DNA of 59,360 nucleotides, the filler included, from Sphacelaria rigidula (Eukaryota): assembly GCA_964200075.2 (NCBI GenBank). It is 8 parts of 8 records of this genome, joined end to end, with 100 filler letters (N's around TTAATTAATTAA, not from the genome) between each part and the next. Parts side by side here need not be neighbours in the genome. Positions count along the whole stretch, not along the records: positions 37,165 to 44,496 come from CAXNAA020015404.1; positions 44,597 to 51,928 come from CAXNAA020015405.1; 6 more parts are not named here. The stretch is one strand, 5' to 3'. Every line of letters begins with the position of its first letter. The first letter of the stretch is position 1. Positions 37,165-48,035 of this stretch are shown here, one piece after another. The translations under genes and the position numbers were made by a program. The notes beneath the pieces were generated by a model. It worked only from the letters and a program-made list of their open reading frames with translations. It had not been told where the DNA came from and did no database searches.

Positions 37165-37279
37165 CAGTTGTCGAATTGGGCGTATAGTTCGTCGATGTAC
37201 GCTGGGGTGCCGGCGCTGCAGTGCGTGTCGAACAGTCGCGTCAGTGCCCGGTGGATGGAGGTGCATATAAGATTGCTGC
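37165..37279 (-). CDS. Exon of a Sola1-like DDE transposase, truncated by the contig edge
   Basis: After the acceptor TTGTTTCGCAG it reads (G)SNLICTSIHRALTRLFDTHCSAGTPAYIDELYAQFDN(C). This resembles the GSN..L...P..LY.Q.DNC(..NKN) segment around a catalytic Asp of Sola1-type transposases. It is absent from the ORF track. Recognised from motif memory only. Confidence 0.55.
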
Positions 37280-38789
37280 CTGCGAAACAAGGTCACGGCA
37301 AGGTGATGGCGGGATGGCGGGATGGACAGCGTGCGATGTTCGTTAGGTTTGTGGAATAGATGTTGTTGTGGACTGTGGGGCAGTGTGCTGTAACGAACCA
37401 CGCGCCTCGGCGGTAGAAGGTGCTGTGGAGCACACGGACCCTCGGCGTCGTCGGACACCGTAGGCGTTACTGTCTTCGAAAATGTGCCGTATTTGTTTTG
37501 TTAGCCCACGCCCCACTCCCCCCCTTTACCTGGCACGCACCGCCCTCTAAACATGAACAGCGGGAAAAAACGCGGTTGGGGGTAAAGAAAACACCGGATT
37601 TCCCCCCTTCGTCTCGGCAAAAATATTGTCGGCAACTACACCTGCCTGATGGTGAAGGATCGATTAGCCTTCTCCATCTTCCGCGGTGTAACGGACTTCA
37701 TCAGGGAAATAAGTGACGGCTGCCCACTGCAACGTTTGCTTCAGAGGGGAGCTCCCTGGTTTCGTTCAGCTGAGCATTGTATTCGGATCTAATTTCGTTT
37801 GTGGGTCCAGCGCCAACACCGTCACGCTCCGCGATGGGGACTACAGCGCCGTTGGCCACCCTTGATTTCGCCGGTCTAACGGCCGGCGCTATCTGCACCG
37901 CCATGGCGAAAAGGCGACGAACGGAAAGTCTGGTGCTTCGTTGACGTTGCGGGGGGTATCCATTGCGGTTGTGGGGAGCGGCGGGCCTCGAAACGTTGTG
38001 AATACTTTCAAATCTCGAGATAACCTTGAAACAAATCACCCGAAATCCGGCAAATTTCTCATTTTTGCAATCACTCATTCTCAGTGTCTTATACTCTCTC
38101 TTTTGTTTGTTTCTGGATCTTCACCATATCAATACCTGTTCAGAGTTACGGTCATTAGCATCGTCGGCACCTCCATCCGCCAGGTATGATCTTATCCCCA
38201 TTTCAATTTTAGTCATGGGACAGAGGATGTGATGCGTTGAGGCTGTATGCTATTCCTTGATTTCTTTGGCGACGTAAGCGTACCACATCTGCGATTAACG
38301 AGATCGCAAACGGTGTAACGCAGGCAAACCTCATGATGAAGTATCCGCCTCATGAGCTATGCCCGCGTATCGATGTGTTTGGACCTTGCCGCTGGTCTGA
38401 CTCCGGATACTAGTATGGTTGAATTAACCACTGTACGATCGTTCGCTCTTGTGAATTTCCAACAACGGGTTCGTAGTCCGCCTCGGCAACGATGGCACCC
38501 GCCACAAGTGAGATGAACACAAACTCTTCAACGGCAGGTCGAGTACGGTATACTCAACACTCAGTATTGTTTCAAGAGTGATACTTTTAGTACTCGAAGT
38601 TTGAGTACAGTATTTGAGGTCGTATTCAACCTACTCTGTTACTCCAGTAGAGATTTTGACATCATACTCAACTCATTCGAAGTTTTAGTAGAGTATTGAG
38701 GACATACTCGAGTGATACTCTATACTCAAGTATTAGTGAGGGTGCTTACGCAATATTTGAGTACAGTATTGGAGGTCTTGCTCGATCTA

Positions 38790-39337
38790 CAGTAGTGGGC
38801 GGTATACCTATTTCGGGGTGTCTTGGGGTTTTCGTCGCGTACTACTCTTGCATAGAAGTCGAAATTGCTACAGTCGTTTCATTTTGGTGCAACAAAGCCG
38901 ATAACCCTCGAAACAGACTGCCCAAGAAAGCGTCCGTTGGTGTTTTCGGGCGGAACGACTAGAAACCATCGTCGTCAGGACGGTGTTATGACCGTGAAAA
39001 ACAGTTTTTCCGCCCTAGTGCAATGAGTGGACGGAATTTTGAAAAAGAAAACTGTACATTTCTCTGCAAATGTCATCGGGACGAGATCTATAGACGGAGA
39101 ATACCGAGGAGTACCGATCTCGGGTGAAACGTGGCAGCACCCCCGATGACCGGTCAGCCCGTAAGGCACTCAATATTGAGCATAGTGTATTTTGCTTGTG
39201 GGAATGTCGAGCGGATACAAATATTTCCAGATTCCCGACGTGACGAGCGATGGCAAGCGAAAAGAGCCCGAGAAAATGGCCCATTACCAAACAGTCACAA
39301 AGTGCCAAAATATTAATAGTTACACCGCCCGCTACTG
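38790..39337. mobile_element. Tc1/pogo-like MITE (TA|CAGTAG...CTACTG|TA), nested
   Basis: ~21-bp TIR CAGTAG(T/C)GGGCGGT(A/G)TA with TA TSD. Removing it restores the host unit CTCGATCTACTCAAA. Confidence 0.85.
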
Positions 39338-39649
39338 TACTCAAAATGTGAGTAGAGTATTTGAGGTCTTACTCCACGTTGTCAAACTTTGTTTAGAGTA
39401 TTCGAGATCGTACTCGACCTCCTAAAAATTTGGGGAGAGTATCGGAAGCCGTACTTGGCCTACTCAAGATTTGAGTCGAGTATCGAAGGCCGTAGTCGAC
39501 CTACTCAAACGTCGAGTACAGTAGAGCAAATACTCGAGTATTTTACTAGAGTACTTGAAAGTACATACTGTACTCGACCTACCCTTGAAATATTGTACTC
39601 GACGTTTGAGTAGATCGAGCACGGCCTCCAATCCTGTAGTCAATTTTTG

Positions 39650-40186
39650 CAAGGTTGTGTTCTGTAAGGTACGGGGACGTCCTGTAGGGTATGAGACTCC
39701 GTACAGAGTTCACAGAACTGTCGGGTACCGGTATGTAAGTCTCACAGAGTTTACAGAACCGTCGGGTACCGGTATGAAAGCCTTACAGACTTTACAGAAC
39801 CTGTCGGGTACGGTACGGGAGGCTTACAGAGAACCATTACCGGCAATCGGGTAAGTCTTTGCGGGTATACCCGCCCCTCGGGTTCGGGTGAATGTTATGT
39901 GCAGAACGTACAGAACTGTGGGGTACCGGTATGAAAGTCTGACAGACTTTCCAGAACTCGTCGGGCACGGTATGGGAGGCTTTCAGAAAACCCGTGCCGG
40001 CAATCGGGTAACTCTTTTCGGGTATACCCGCCTTTGGGTTCGGGTAAATGTATTGTACAGAACTTACAGAACTATCGGGTAAGGGTATGAAAGTCTTACA
40101 GAGATTTCAGAACTGTCGGGTACGGTACGTCCCCGGAAAAATACCCCGGGTGTACAGAAAACCGTGCCTTACAGAACACAACCTTG
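39650..40186 (+). mobile_element. MITE family D with a perfect 8-bp TSD AATTTTTG (P- or hAT-like), nested
   Basis: AATTTTTG|CAAGGTTGTGTTCTGTAAGG...CCTTACAGAACACAACCTTG|AATTTTTG; perfect 20-bp TIR. Confidence 0.92.
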
Positions 40187-40814
40187 AATTTTTGAGTAGG
40201 TCGAGTACGACCTCAATACACTACTCATAACTTGAGTACGTCAAGTACGGCCTCAAATACTCGACTCCATTTGAGTTTACGTTGAGTGTGGTCTCGAATA
40301 CCCTACTCAAATGTTGACCAAGCACTCTCAGTGATACTTGACTATACAGTATCACTCGAGTATGGCCTCAATACCGTCCTCAATTCTTGACTAGGTTGAG
40401 TACGGTGTCAAATACTCTACCATAATTTCCATTACGTCGAGTACGGCTCTCCATACTCTACTGAAATTTAGAGTACGTCAGGTATGACTATTTTAAAATA
40501 CTAAGTATTGAGCATACTCTACTCGACCTGCCCTTGCATCACTCCACCGACACAGACCCCGAACCCCACCCATGAATATATCCCGTGGGCGGAGCGTTGG
40601 GCCACGCTGAGTTCATGAGGAACAGCTATGGTAACCCTTCGACCGCGACGGTACGTCACCTCTTCAATGGCATACATATGATGCGGTAGAAACGAAGTAG
40701 TGAGATTCACATCGAGGAACCGCTTCGCGGTCCGAACGAGAAACAAACTGAAACAAACGTGCACCTTTTACCGCGACTGTACCGGCTGGGCCGACCAAGA
40801 AGCCACGAGGAATG

Positions 40815-41436
40815 TTGAAACGCATTTTCTTCGCTCAATTTTGGATCGATTCGATGAAATTTCGACACGACGTACAGGACGTGTGTGCGAACACCTCACC
40901 TTTCATGTCCTGTTCAATTTATTTTCCTTCGTGAGATATTGGCAATTTTGCAAACACCTGTTCTGAAATGTTACTTCGCGAATTGCTCACGGAAAAAAAA
41001 AGGAAGGGGGATGGAAGGTGAGGTGTTCGCACATACGTCCTGTACGTCGTGTCAAAATTCCATCGGAAAAGATTCAAAATTGAGTGGAGAAAATGCGTCA
41101 TTCTGTCGACAAGCGGTTTCCATAGCATGTGGAGGTGGGCCAGTTGCGAATAATTGAAACGCATTTCCTGCGCTCAATTTTGGATCGTTTACAATGAAAT
41201 GTTGACACGATGCACAGGACGTATGTGCAAATACCGAAGCTTTCCTCCTATGTTATTTGCTGTTCTTCTGCATAAGTTTGTGGCGATTTTATTCCGGAAA
41301 TAAGTGTTCCGAAATGTTCCGTCGCCAATAACTCACGAAGAAAGGGAAAAGACACACGGGAGGAACGAAGACGTGTTTGCACATACTTCCTGTACATCAT
41401 ATCAAAATTTTATCGAAAACGACTGAGTATTGAGCT
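40815..41436. mobile_element. Two tandem fold-back MITE copies (40815-41100 and 41154-41436)
   Basis: Each begins TTGAAACGCATTT..CGCTCAATTTTGGATCG and contains inverted ACAGGACGT.TGTGC / GCACATAC.TCCTGTAC arms. Confidence 0.8.
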
Positions 41437-41593
41437 CGGGCATCGTGCCACAGGTTGCGCGTCACCACGCGCCACGAAACTGACTGTAACCGAAAATCCA
41501 TTCCCATCCGTATTCCTTTGGCTAATCCCGCCGACATAGTACCCTCAACTCTCTACACTTTCGCTGGTTACAGTTTGGTATTTCGTTTGATGA

Positions 41594-43012
41594 GGCCGTG
41601 TCTTATCATTTTTTTCCGACTCGAAAACGTGCGGTCGAATCGAACTGGTCGTTACGAGGCCGAATCAGATACGTCCACGGCGATTATGTTCCTAAGTGGC
41701 TTCAAGTTCATTTTATAATTAGTTGCACGCGACTGGCAGGGTAAAAAGCAGAAAAAGCTTAGCTTTTTCAAGCGAAACGAGCGGCGGAATGGACGAAGCG
41801 GCACGTAACTCCTACGGGCCATCTTGCCAACAACAGTGCCAGATACCAGATACTACCCTTTTAAAGAGGTTCGCAAAACCCAAATGGTTCATTCGCACCT
41901 ATTGAATAGCTATTCAACCTTGCGGCACAGATCACGACTGAGCGCAGGGATACACACTGCAGTGATGGGAATCCCACATCACCACTGTTTTGGCATGATG
42001 TGTCCCTTTTTGTTGTCGAAAACTTGGGCATCTAATTTTGTGGCAGGGTTCACCGACGGAGTTGCCTGTCGGGGTGGGCGATTGAATTGCCAACGCGGTC
42101 GTGGACAGTCGAGGCGGTGCAAAACTGCACATGGTTCAAGTCTACTTCGCATCCTCTTGTATGCAGAGAATGAGAAAGCTGTGCTGTCTGTCAAATCTGC
42201 GGTGTGTCGTGTTGCCCGCTTCTTTTCCACATCGCGGCTGCATGCCGAGCGAAACACACGCACTGTCTACACAACACAGTAGTACAGGCCGCCACTGTTG
42301 AACAGTCTGAACTGTCCTGTCTGCACTGTACTTTATATAGGTAAAGAAGTACCTATGTTGCAGACAACCCTGCCAGATACTACCCTTTCACAGAAATACC
42401 CAAAACCCAAATGGTTCATTCGCAGCTACGTACCCAACCGTGCGGCACACATCACGAACTCAGCACAGGAATATATATACTACAGCGGTGATGGGAAACC
42501 GACAACACCACACTTTTAGCATGCGTTTTTTCTTGTTGGCAAAAGTTTGTGGCATCTAATTTTGTGGCCGGGTCCACCGACTGAGCTGCGTGTCGGGGTG
42601 AACGATCGAATTGCCAACGCGCTCACGGACACTCATGGCGGTGAAAAACTGCACGTGGTTCAATTCTGCTTCGCATCCTCCTGTATGCAGAGAGTCAGAA
42701 AGCTGCGCCGTCTGTCAAATCTGCTGTGTGTCGCGTTGCCCGCTTCTTTTCCACATCGCGGCTGCATTCTGTGCGAAACACACACCATCTGGACCAACAG
42801 TACAGTACAGGCCGCCACTGTTGTACAGCCTGTACTGTCTGCTCTGTCCTGTATTTTGAACATAATTAAAGAAGTACCGCTTCACGAATTTCGCTTCGCC
42901 TTTTCGAGTCAAAGCGTGCAAATTCGCTCGGACCCACACATAGCAAAGCGAAGTGAATCCATTCCGCCGCACGAACTCGTTCGAGTCGGAAAAAAATTGA
43001 TAAGACACGGCC
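41594..43012. mobile_element. PIF/Harbinger-like non-autonomous element, 3-bp TSD TGA
   Basis: TGA|GGCCGTGTCTTATCA-TTTTTTCCGACTCGAA ... TTCGAGTCGGAAAAAAATTGATAAGACACGGCC|TGA. Confidence 0.85.
41838..42878 (+). repeat. ~510-bp tandem duplication inside the Harbinger-like element
   Basis: Units at ~41838-42352 and ~42371-42878 both run from TGCCAGATAC..TACCCTTT to AAAGAAGTACC. Confidence 0.85.
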
Positions 43013-43059
43013 TGAGACCTTGTCGGATCGCAGTGCTACATGAATTTGAAGACGTACCC

Positions 43060-44450
43060 TGATTTGCCGATTTACCCCGATGTTTTATAGTGGGCGCAAC
43101 TCTCGAAATATCGACAGTTAGGACGGGCTGAAGGAAAGTGAGCTTCTTGAGCGGCCTAGCCTGTACGTCGCCGGCTGAGTTGGCAAAAGTATTCGCGTGC
43201 AAACAATCACACATGATCGACATGAGCAAGGGTAAAGAGAGGTACAAATGTCTTGGCAAACCGCTCTCCCACAGGGCGGCGTCCACCGTACGCCACCTGT
43301 TGAGATTACCTCTTGATTGATTGCCATCCCCTCCACCCTCCCGCATCGTCGTATGAGTCGAGTTGTGTCAAGAAAGTTCATACTACGAGTACCTTAGAAT
43401 GCGCGGCTCGTATTGTTCCTTTTCACAAGAACGACGATGTCGTCGACATTCGCAGACAAGACCAGCCTTTGTCACCCACGCTGACACCCGTGTTCACCAA
43501 CCCGCTCCATCTCACCGTTCATGTCGTCCATGCCCCCCCCCAAACCCACCCGCCAGGGGTCAGAAGCGGTGGAGAAGCTGTCATCGGCACTGCTACCTGA
43601 GCTCGAGCTCGCGCATGACCCCGATGTGCCGCAGCCGCCATCACCTCTCCTGCATGACGCCACATGAATTTTCCCGTCCCGAACAGTTCGGAACCACTTC
43701 GAGCAAGAACTACACTCATAGCCAATAGAAGAGCAACGGCGGAGAACCGCGCGGCGTCGATCCATCAAGCAGAGAAATTGGGTGAAGGGTACAGTGCCAT
43801 TGCGGAGACGCGGATACCTGGCGACAATAACTTAAATGAATTATATGGATATCGGTCATGATGTACAATACTCAAACTTCTCCGATGGTAAACAAAACGC
43901 GAACATTCTCGCGCCAAGCCGCGTCTTACTGCGGCGGCTCGAGTGTGTTTCTGTGGGGAGATGGTCTCGCGTTACACCCATAACCGTCAAACTGCGCTCT
44001 GTGGTGTGCACCCTCCATGCGTTTCCGGAAGGATACACGAGTATCGCCGGGACGGGCAGTCGAAAGTGAAACGCGGATACACCATGACAAATCAGCAACA
44101 TCAAAGTTACCTCGGGGTTTGGCAAGCCCCCGCAGAATAAAACCCGACTGTTCAGGCGTTGTGCTGCACAGGAAAACAGCCGTCATGTCACAGCTTCGCA
44201 CCTTCGGATCGGGGTATGCCAACGACCGACATCCCGTACGATCGCAAGCACAATCTTCATCACGCATGACGAGAGCACCTACGTTCGGCGAAGGGGGGGT
44301 CCGCAATGGCATGGAAGGGGAGACACCCCCGACGTCACCATGGGCTCCTAACCCCGCTGTGGCCCCCATGGCACGGAACCCTGTCGAGGCCGCCGCGGAG
44401 TACATGGCCCAGGCGAGTACGAGTATTAACAACAAATTGTGAGAATTGAG
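43060..44450 (-). mobile_element. Highly decayed Ty1/Copia pol relic
   Basis: Motifs occur in Copia order on the minus strand: integrase C-terminal DPKVRSC..AVFL, RT-start W(I)DAA, RT core LVL..NVDDIVV, and RNaseH-end RHLYL...AGD...RPLKK.TF. Many stops and frameshifts. Confidence 0.6.
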
Positions 44451-47125
44451 GTTTAACTTCGAGATGAGGCTCAAGCCTAAAACAGTGCTTTCCCCANNNN
44501 NNNNNNNNNNNNNNNNNNNNNNNNNNNNNNNNNNNNNNNNTTAATTAATTAANNNNNNNNNNNNNNNNNNNNNNNNNNNNNNNNNNNNNNNNNNNNAGGT
44601 CAATGGTCTGATGACTATGGCATGCATGATCATAAATACATCGACCCTGTCCTTGTCGATATATACATATCTGTTGCTGTCAGTCACCCAGATGTCCAAA
44701 AGTGTTCGAGACCTAAGCATACCCTGAAAAACGATATACTCGAAAATGAGTTATGTGACAGCCACTTGTATGCAGCTATGTCGTATACTCTACCGCATAA
44801 TGTCGAATGGGTAGGTACTCCTGCGTTGTGTTGAAGGTGTTGAAGGTGTTGAAGGCCCTTGATCCCTAGCGTACGTCACGCCGGCTGTCTGCAGATTGAG
44901 GTGGACGATGTGTTCCTTCGCTCCCCGTTAATGTCTTGAGGCACCCTACCGGTTATCACGGTTGAATCGTCCGATTGATATCTTGACCCCCCCCCCTCCC
45001 CCCCTCCCCCCTCCCCGCCCCGACCTTCGCACGCGCGGCGCGTCCTCTGGTTTTTTGTGCGAGGAAACAGGTCGAGTACTGGAGGCACACACACCTCATC
45101 AACCTCCCTTCCAGCTTTGTGTTTGTGAAGGTTCTGATGGCAGGCATGGTGAGAGAAAGAAACAAAAATAACAGAACACAGGCATCCTGTACCTACAACA
45201 CACCGGTGCTAAAATAGTGTGGTCTGGCTTGGCGTCCGTTTTTCTTCCCCTTTCCTCTTCACTGTGTGTGTGTATGTGTGTGTGTTTTCCTTCCATGTTC
45301 TGCCTTCCTCTTTCCGCCCTCATTGGCCCTTTCTCGAGGTTCCTTGAGTCAGCTTTTGCCGCCGATTATCCTGGGGGCTGCGGCTAGATGCGTAATGTAT
45401 CTGTTCATTTTTACGTGCGATCATCAATCAATCCGTCGGATAGTTAATCAGTAGCGCTGTGCCCAGGTGGGTCAAACTGGTATGGTACACACACCCTGGA
45501 CAATAGATCACATCGTCAAAAGGTGTACTGCGTACAGTTTGGAATCTATTGTCGGCAGCAATAGACGCAATCGTCGATGCTATACGCGGTACACTTTTTG
45601 ATACAGACCCAACAGTCGATCCTGTACGCAGTACACGTTTTGACGACGTAATCTATTGTCCAGGGTGCGATGGTATGCGACATCGGCCAGCTCGGGCGGA
45701 GTGGTGGGTGAGAATCCCGATACTGGTTGTGAGTGATTCATTCATTGATGGGTTGTCGCACATTTAGCTGATCCAGTACGGACGTGGTGTGTGTGTGTCT
45801 TACGAGTGATGCCCACGGTAGGGGTGCACAAAAAAAAACTCAGGTTTGAATTGTTGAGGAGCCCTCCATCTTATCCTAAAATGACATTTGAAAGTATGTG
45901 AGAACACGCCTCGATTAGCATTCCAGTGGGCTAGGTGGGAATGACCCCCCCCAGAATGTAAAAACGGCAATGTTCTGATCCACATTCTTGTTCAACTAGC
46001 TCCTAACTTTGAGAGCCTCTCATTGCGAAACATCTGGATTCATCTGTGCATCTCCTACCTACCTACCGAGACCTGGCTCTGGTAGACCCGGTCCCCGCCA
46101 TGATAGGCTCGAGCACGTTAGTTCGTCGACAAGGAAAATATCGTCGAACGGCGACGAACGGCGACGAACGGGCGGAGGAGAAATCTTGTGCTTGGACCTA
46201 CACCACGAGATATTTTGTCTTCGGCGTTCACGCTACCGCTGTATTATATAGAGAACTTATGAAAAGGCAGGCAGATAGACGGACGAAATCTGTGTGTATG
46301 TCAGTCTGAACCTAAAATGTGACATCAACAACCAGGTGCTCACCTATCCGAGCTGGTGCGTGATCCGCGGCCAGGGTGAAGTGGCAGAGGCCGCCCAAGC
46401 TCTGCACGGGAGAATCTTAGATTCCTTTGCAGACGGTCTGGACGGTAAGGCAAATGCACGACGTACTCTGGGGTTAACTGACAGTTCTGATTCATTCTTC
46501 CAGACGTGGAACGACTGGCCGATGCTCGTTGTTCCTTGCCTGGCGTATTTGAGGATAAAAAATGAAACAATGAACGCCGTTCAGAGAGGGACAGGTTGAG
46601 GTCTCACGTTAACCGAAAATAATTGACCAATTAGATTTATTGAGCCCCTCTTTTGTTTTGGCCGATCATGAAGTTGCGGTCTACGTTTATCTACCTCCAG
46701 TCACCATCATCTTAGCCTGAGACCACGGGCGAATAGAATTGTTAGGTCCCTACTTGGTAGTATTAATCAGTTATCTATCAGGTTTTGAAAAACTTGGTTC
46801 ACCTCCTGCATGTTGTTGTCGACGATTGACCTCCATCACGAGTCATCGCCTCGTCTTGTGATGTGGCTTAACATTACCCTATGCGGGCTACTGTAGTTCC
46901 AACAGGGGTGAATTCATCACATATTTTACCTAAATCATCATGAATATGTTGGTCTATCCGCTGCAGTCCGTAAGATAACAGAGTGGGGAACAACGACATG
47001 GGGAAGATCGAAGGGTGGGGGATAGAGGTTGCAGCGTGGAAGGCAGGTAGACTTTCGTACACTCGGGTGATCAAAAAAGGCCTGTACAGCCGCAGCTTTG
47101 ACCCTGCTGTCCTTCAATCAAGAGA

Positions 47126-47386
47126 GAGTGATACTACGGTAGGGGTGCACAAATGTGTTCTGAGATTGGAACTGTGAGGGGCCCTTCATCTAATCCACAA
47201 CACGATTTATGAAATATGTGAGAGTACGCGAGGATTACTATTCCAATGTGCTATAATAGGGATATTTCGAATGAATTTGCAAACGGGGATGCCCTGACCC
47301 GTATTCTTGTGCCTCTAGAATCGTTCGGAGTCCCTGAACCAGACGAGATTTTGGGCAAAAACTGCACCCCTACCGTAGCATTGCTC
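47126..47386 (+). mobile_element. MITE family E, copy 2
   Basis: GA|GAGTGATACTACGGTAGGGGTGCAC...TGCACCCCTACCGTAGCATTGCTC|GA. Confidence 0.85.
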
Positions 47387-47657
47387 GATACGTGTTATTG
47401 TTTGCTACCTAGACCGCAGACCAACAGTCAGTTTTCAATTTCCCGCCATGAATTGCACGTTGGTCCTTCCCACTCCCGCCCGTCCTCCCCACCTGACGGG
47501 TACGTTCAGAAGCACACTGCAGCTGTGCGCCAGCTCGATTCAATGCCTAAACGTTGGCGGGATTCGCTACACGCCGACGGCGTGAAAATCGCCTGAAACG
47601 TTTCCTATGTACCTCACACGATCAAGCGTTTCGTGTATCTTAAGAGGCAGTACAGGC

Positions 47658-47907
47658 GACACTTTCTACGATAGCCCCCCCCCCCCCAAACCAGCCCGAA
47701 AGTGTCGCGAAAAAAAGGCCACACGGCGCCTGATGCTTGGGTTCAGGCCGCATGAAGAGCCTCATATTGGCAATATTCGCTCAAACCAACCCAACCGCGG
47801 GAACTCCCAGTTGCTCGTTGTGCTCGGCGTTTCCCATTTCGATTTATGTGAAGATTTTGCCTTCCAAAACCATGCACTTTTTTGGGGGGGCTATCGTAGA
47901 AAGTGTC
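47658..47907 (+). mobile_element. MITE family A, copy 3, TSD AGGC/AGGT
   Basis: Perfect TIR GACACTTTCTACGATAGCCCCCCC. Lies ~130 bp upstream of the large exon of the PDZ-like gene. Confidence 0.92.
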
Positions 47908-48035
47908 AGGTGCTGTTGTCCCGCCAGGCATATCGAATGTTCCTTTTTTTTTATTGCTCCATACATTACCTTATTTTCTTCTTTCGCTGACCTTGCTTCA
48001 TTTGTGTGTGTGTGATTATTTCCCCCATGACAGCC

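Larger units (their letters stand above)
38529..40536. mobile_element. Host TIR element (CAA(G/C)GGCAGGTCGAGTA termini, GAGTA/TACTC-rich body) with two nested insertions
   Basis: ~40-bp imperfect TIRs. The body is built of TACTCGAC/TTGAGTAG repeats. No clear TSD. Confidence 0.75.

Noticed and set aside
46338..46594. Two exon-like segments upstream of the PDZ-like gene
   Set aside because: Splice sites are plausible, but the phase-1 join reaches a stop after EDKK and no domain is recognisable; unresolved without transcripts.
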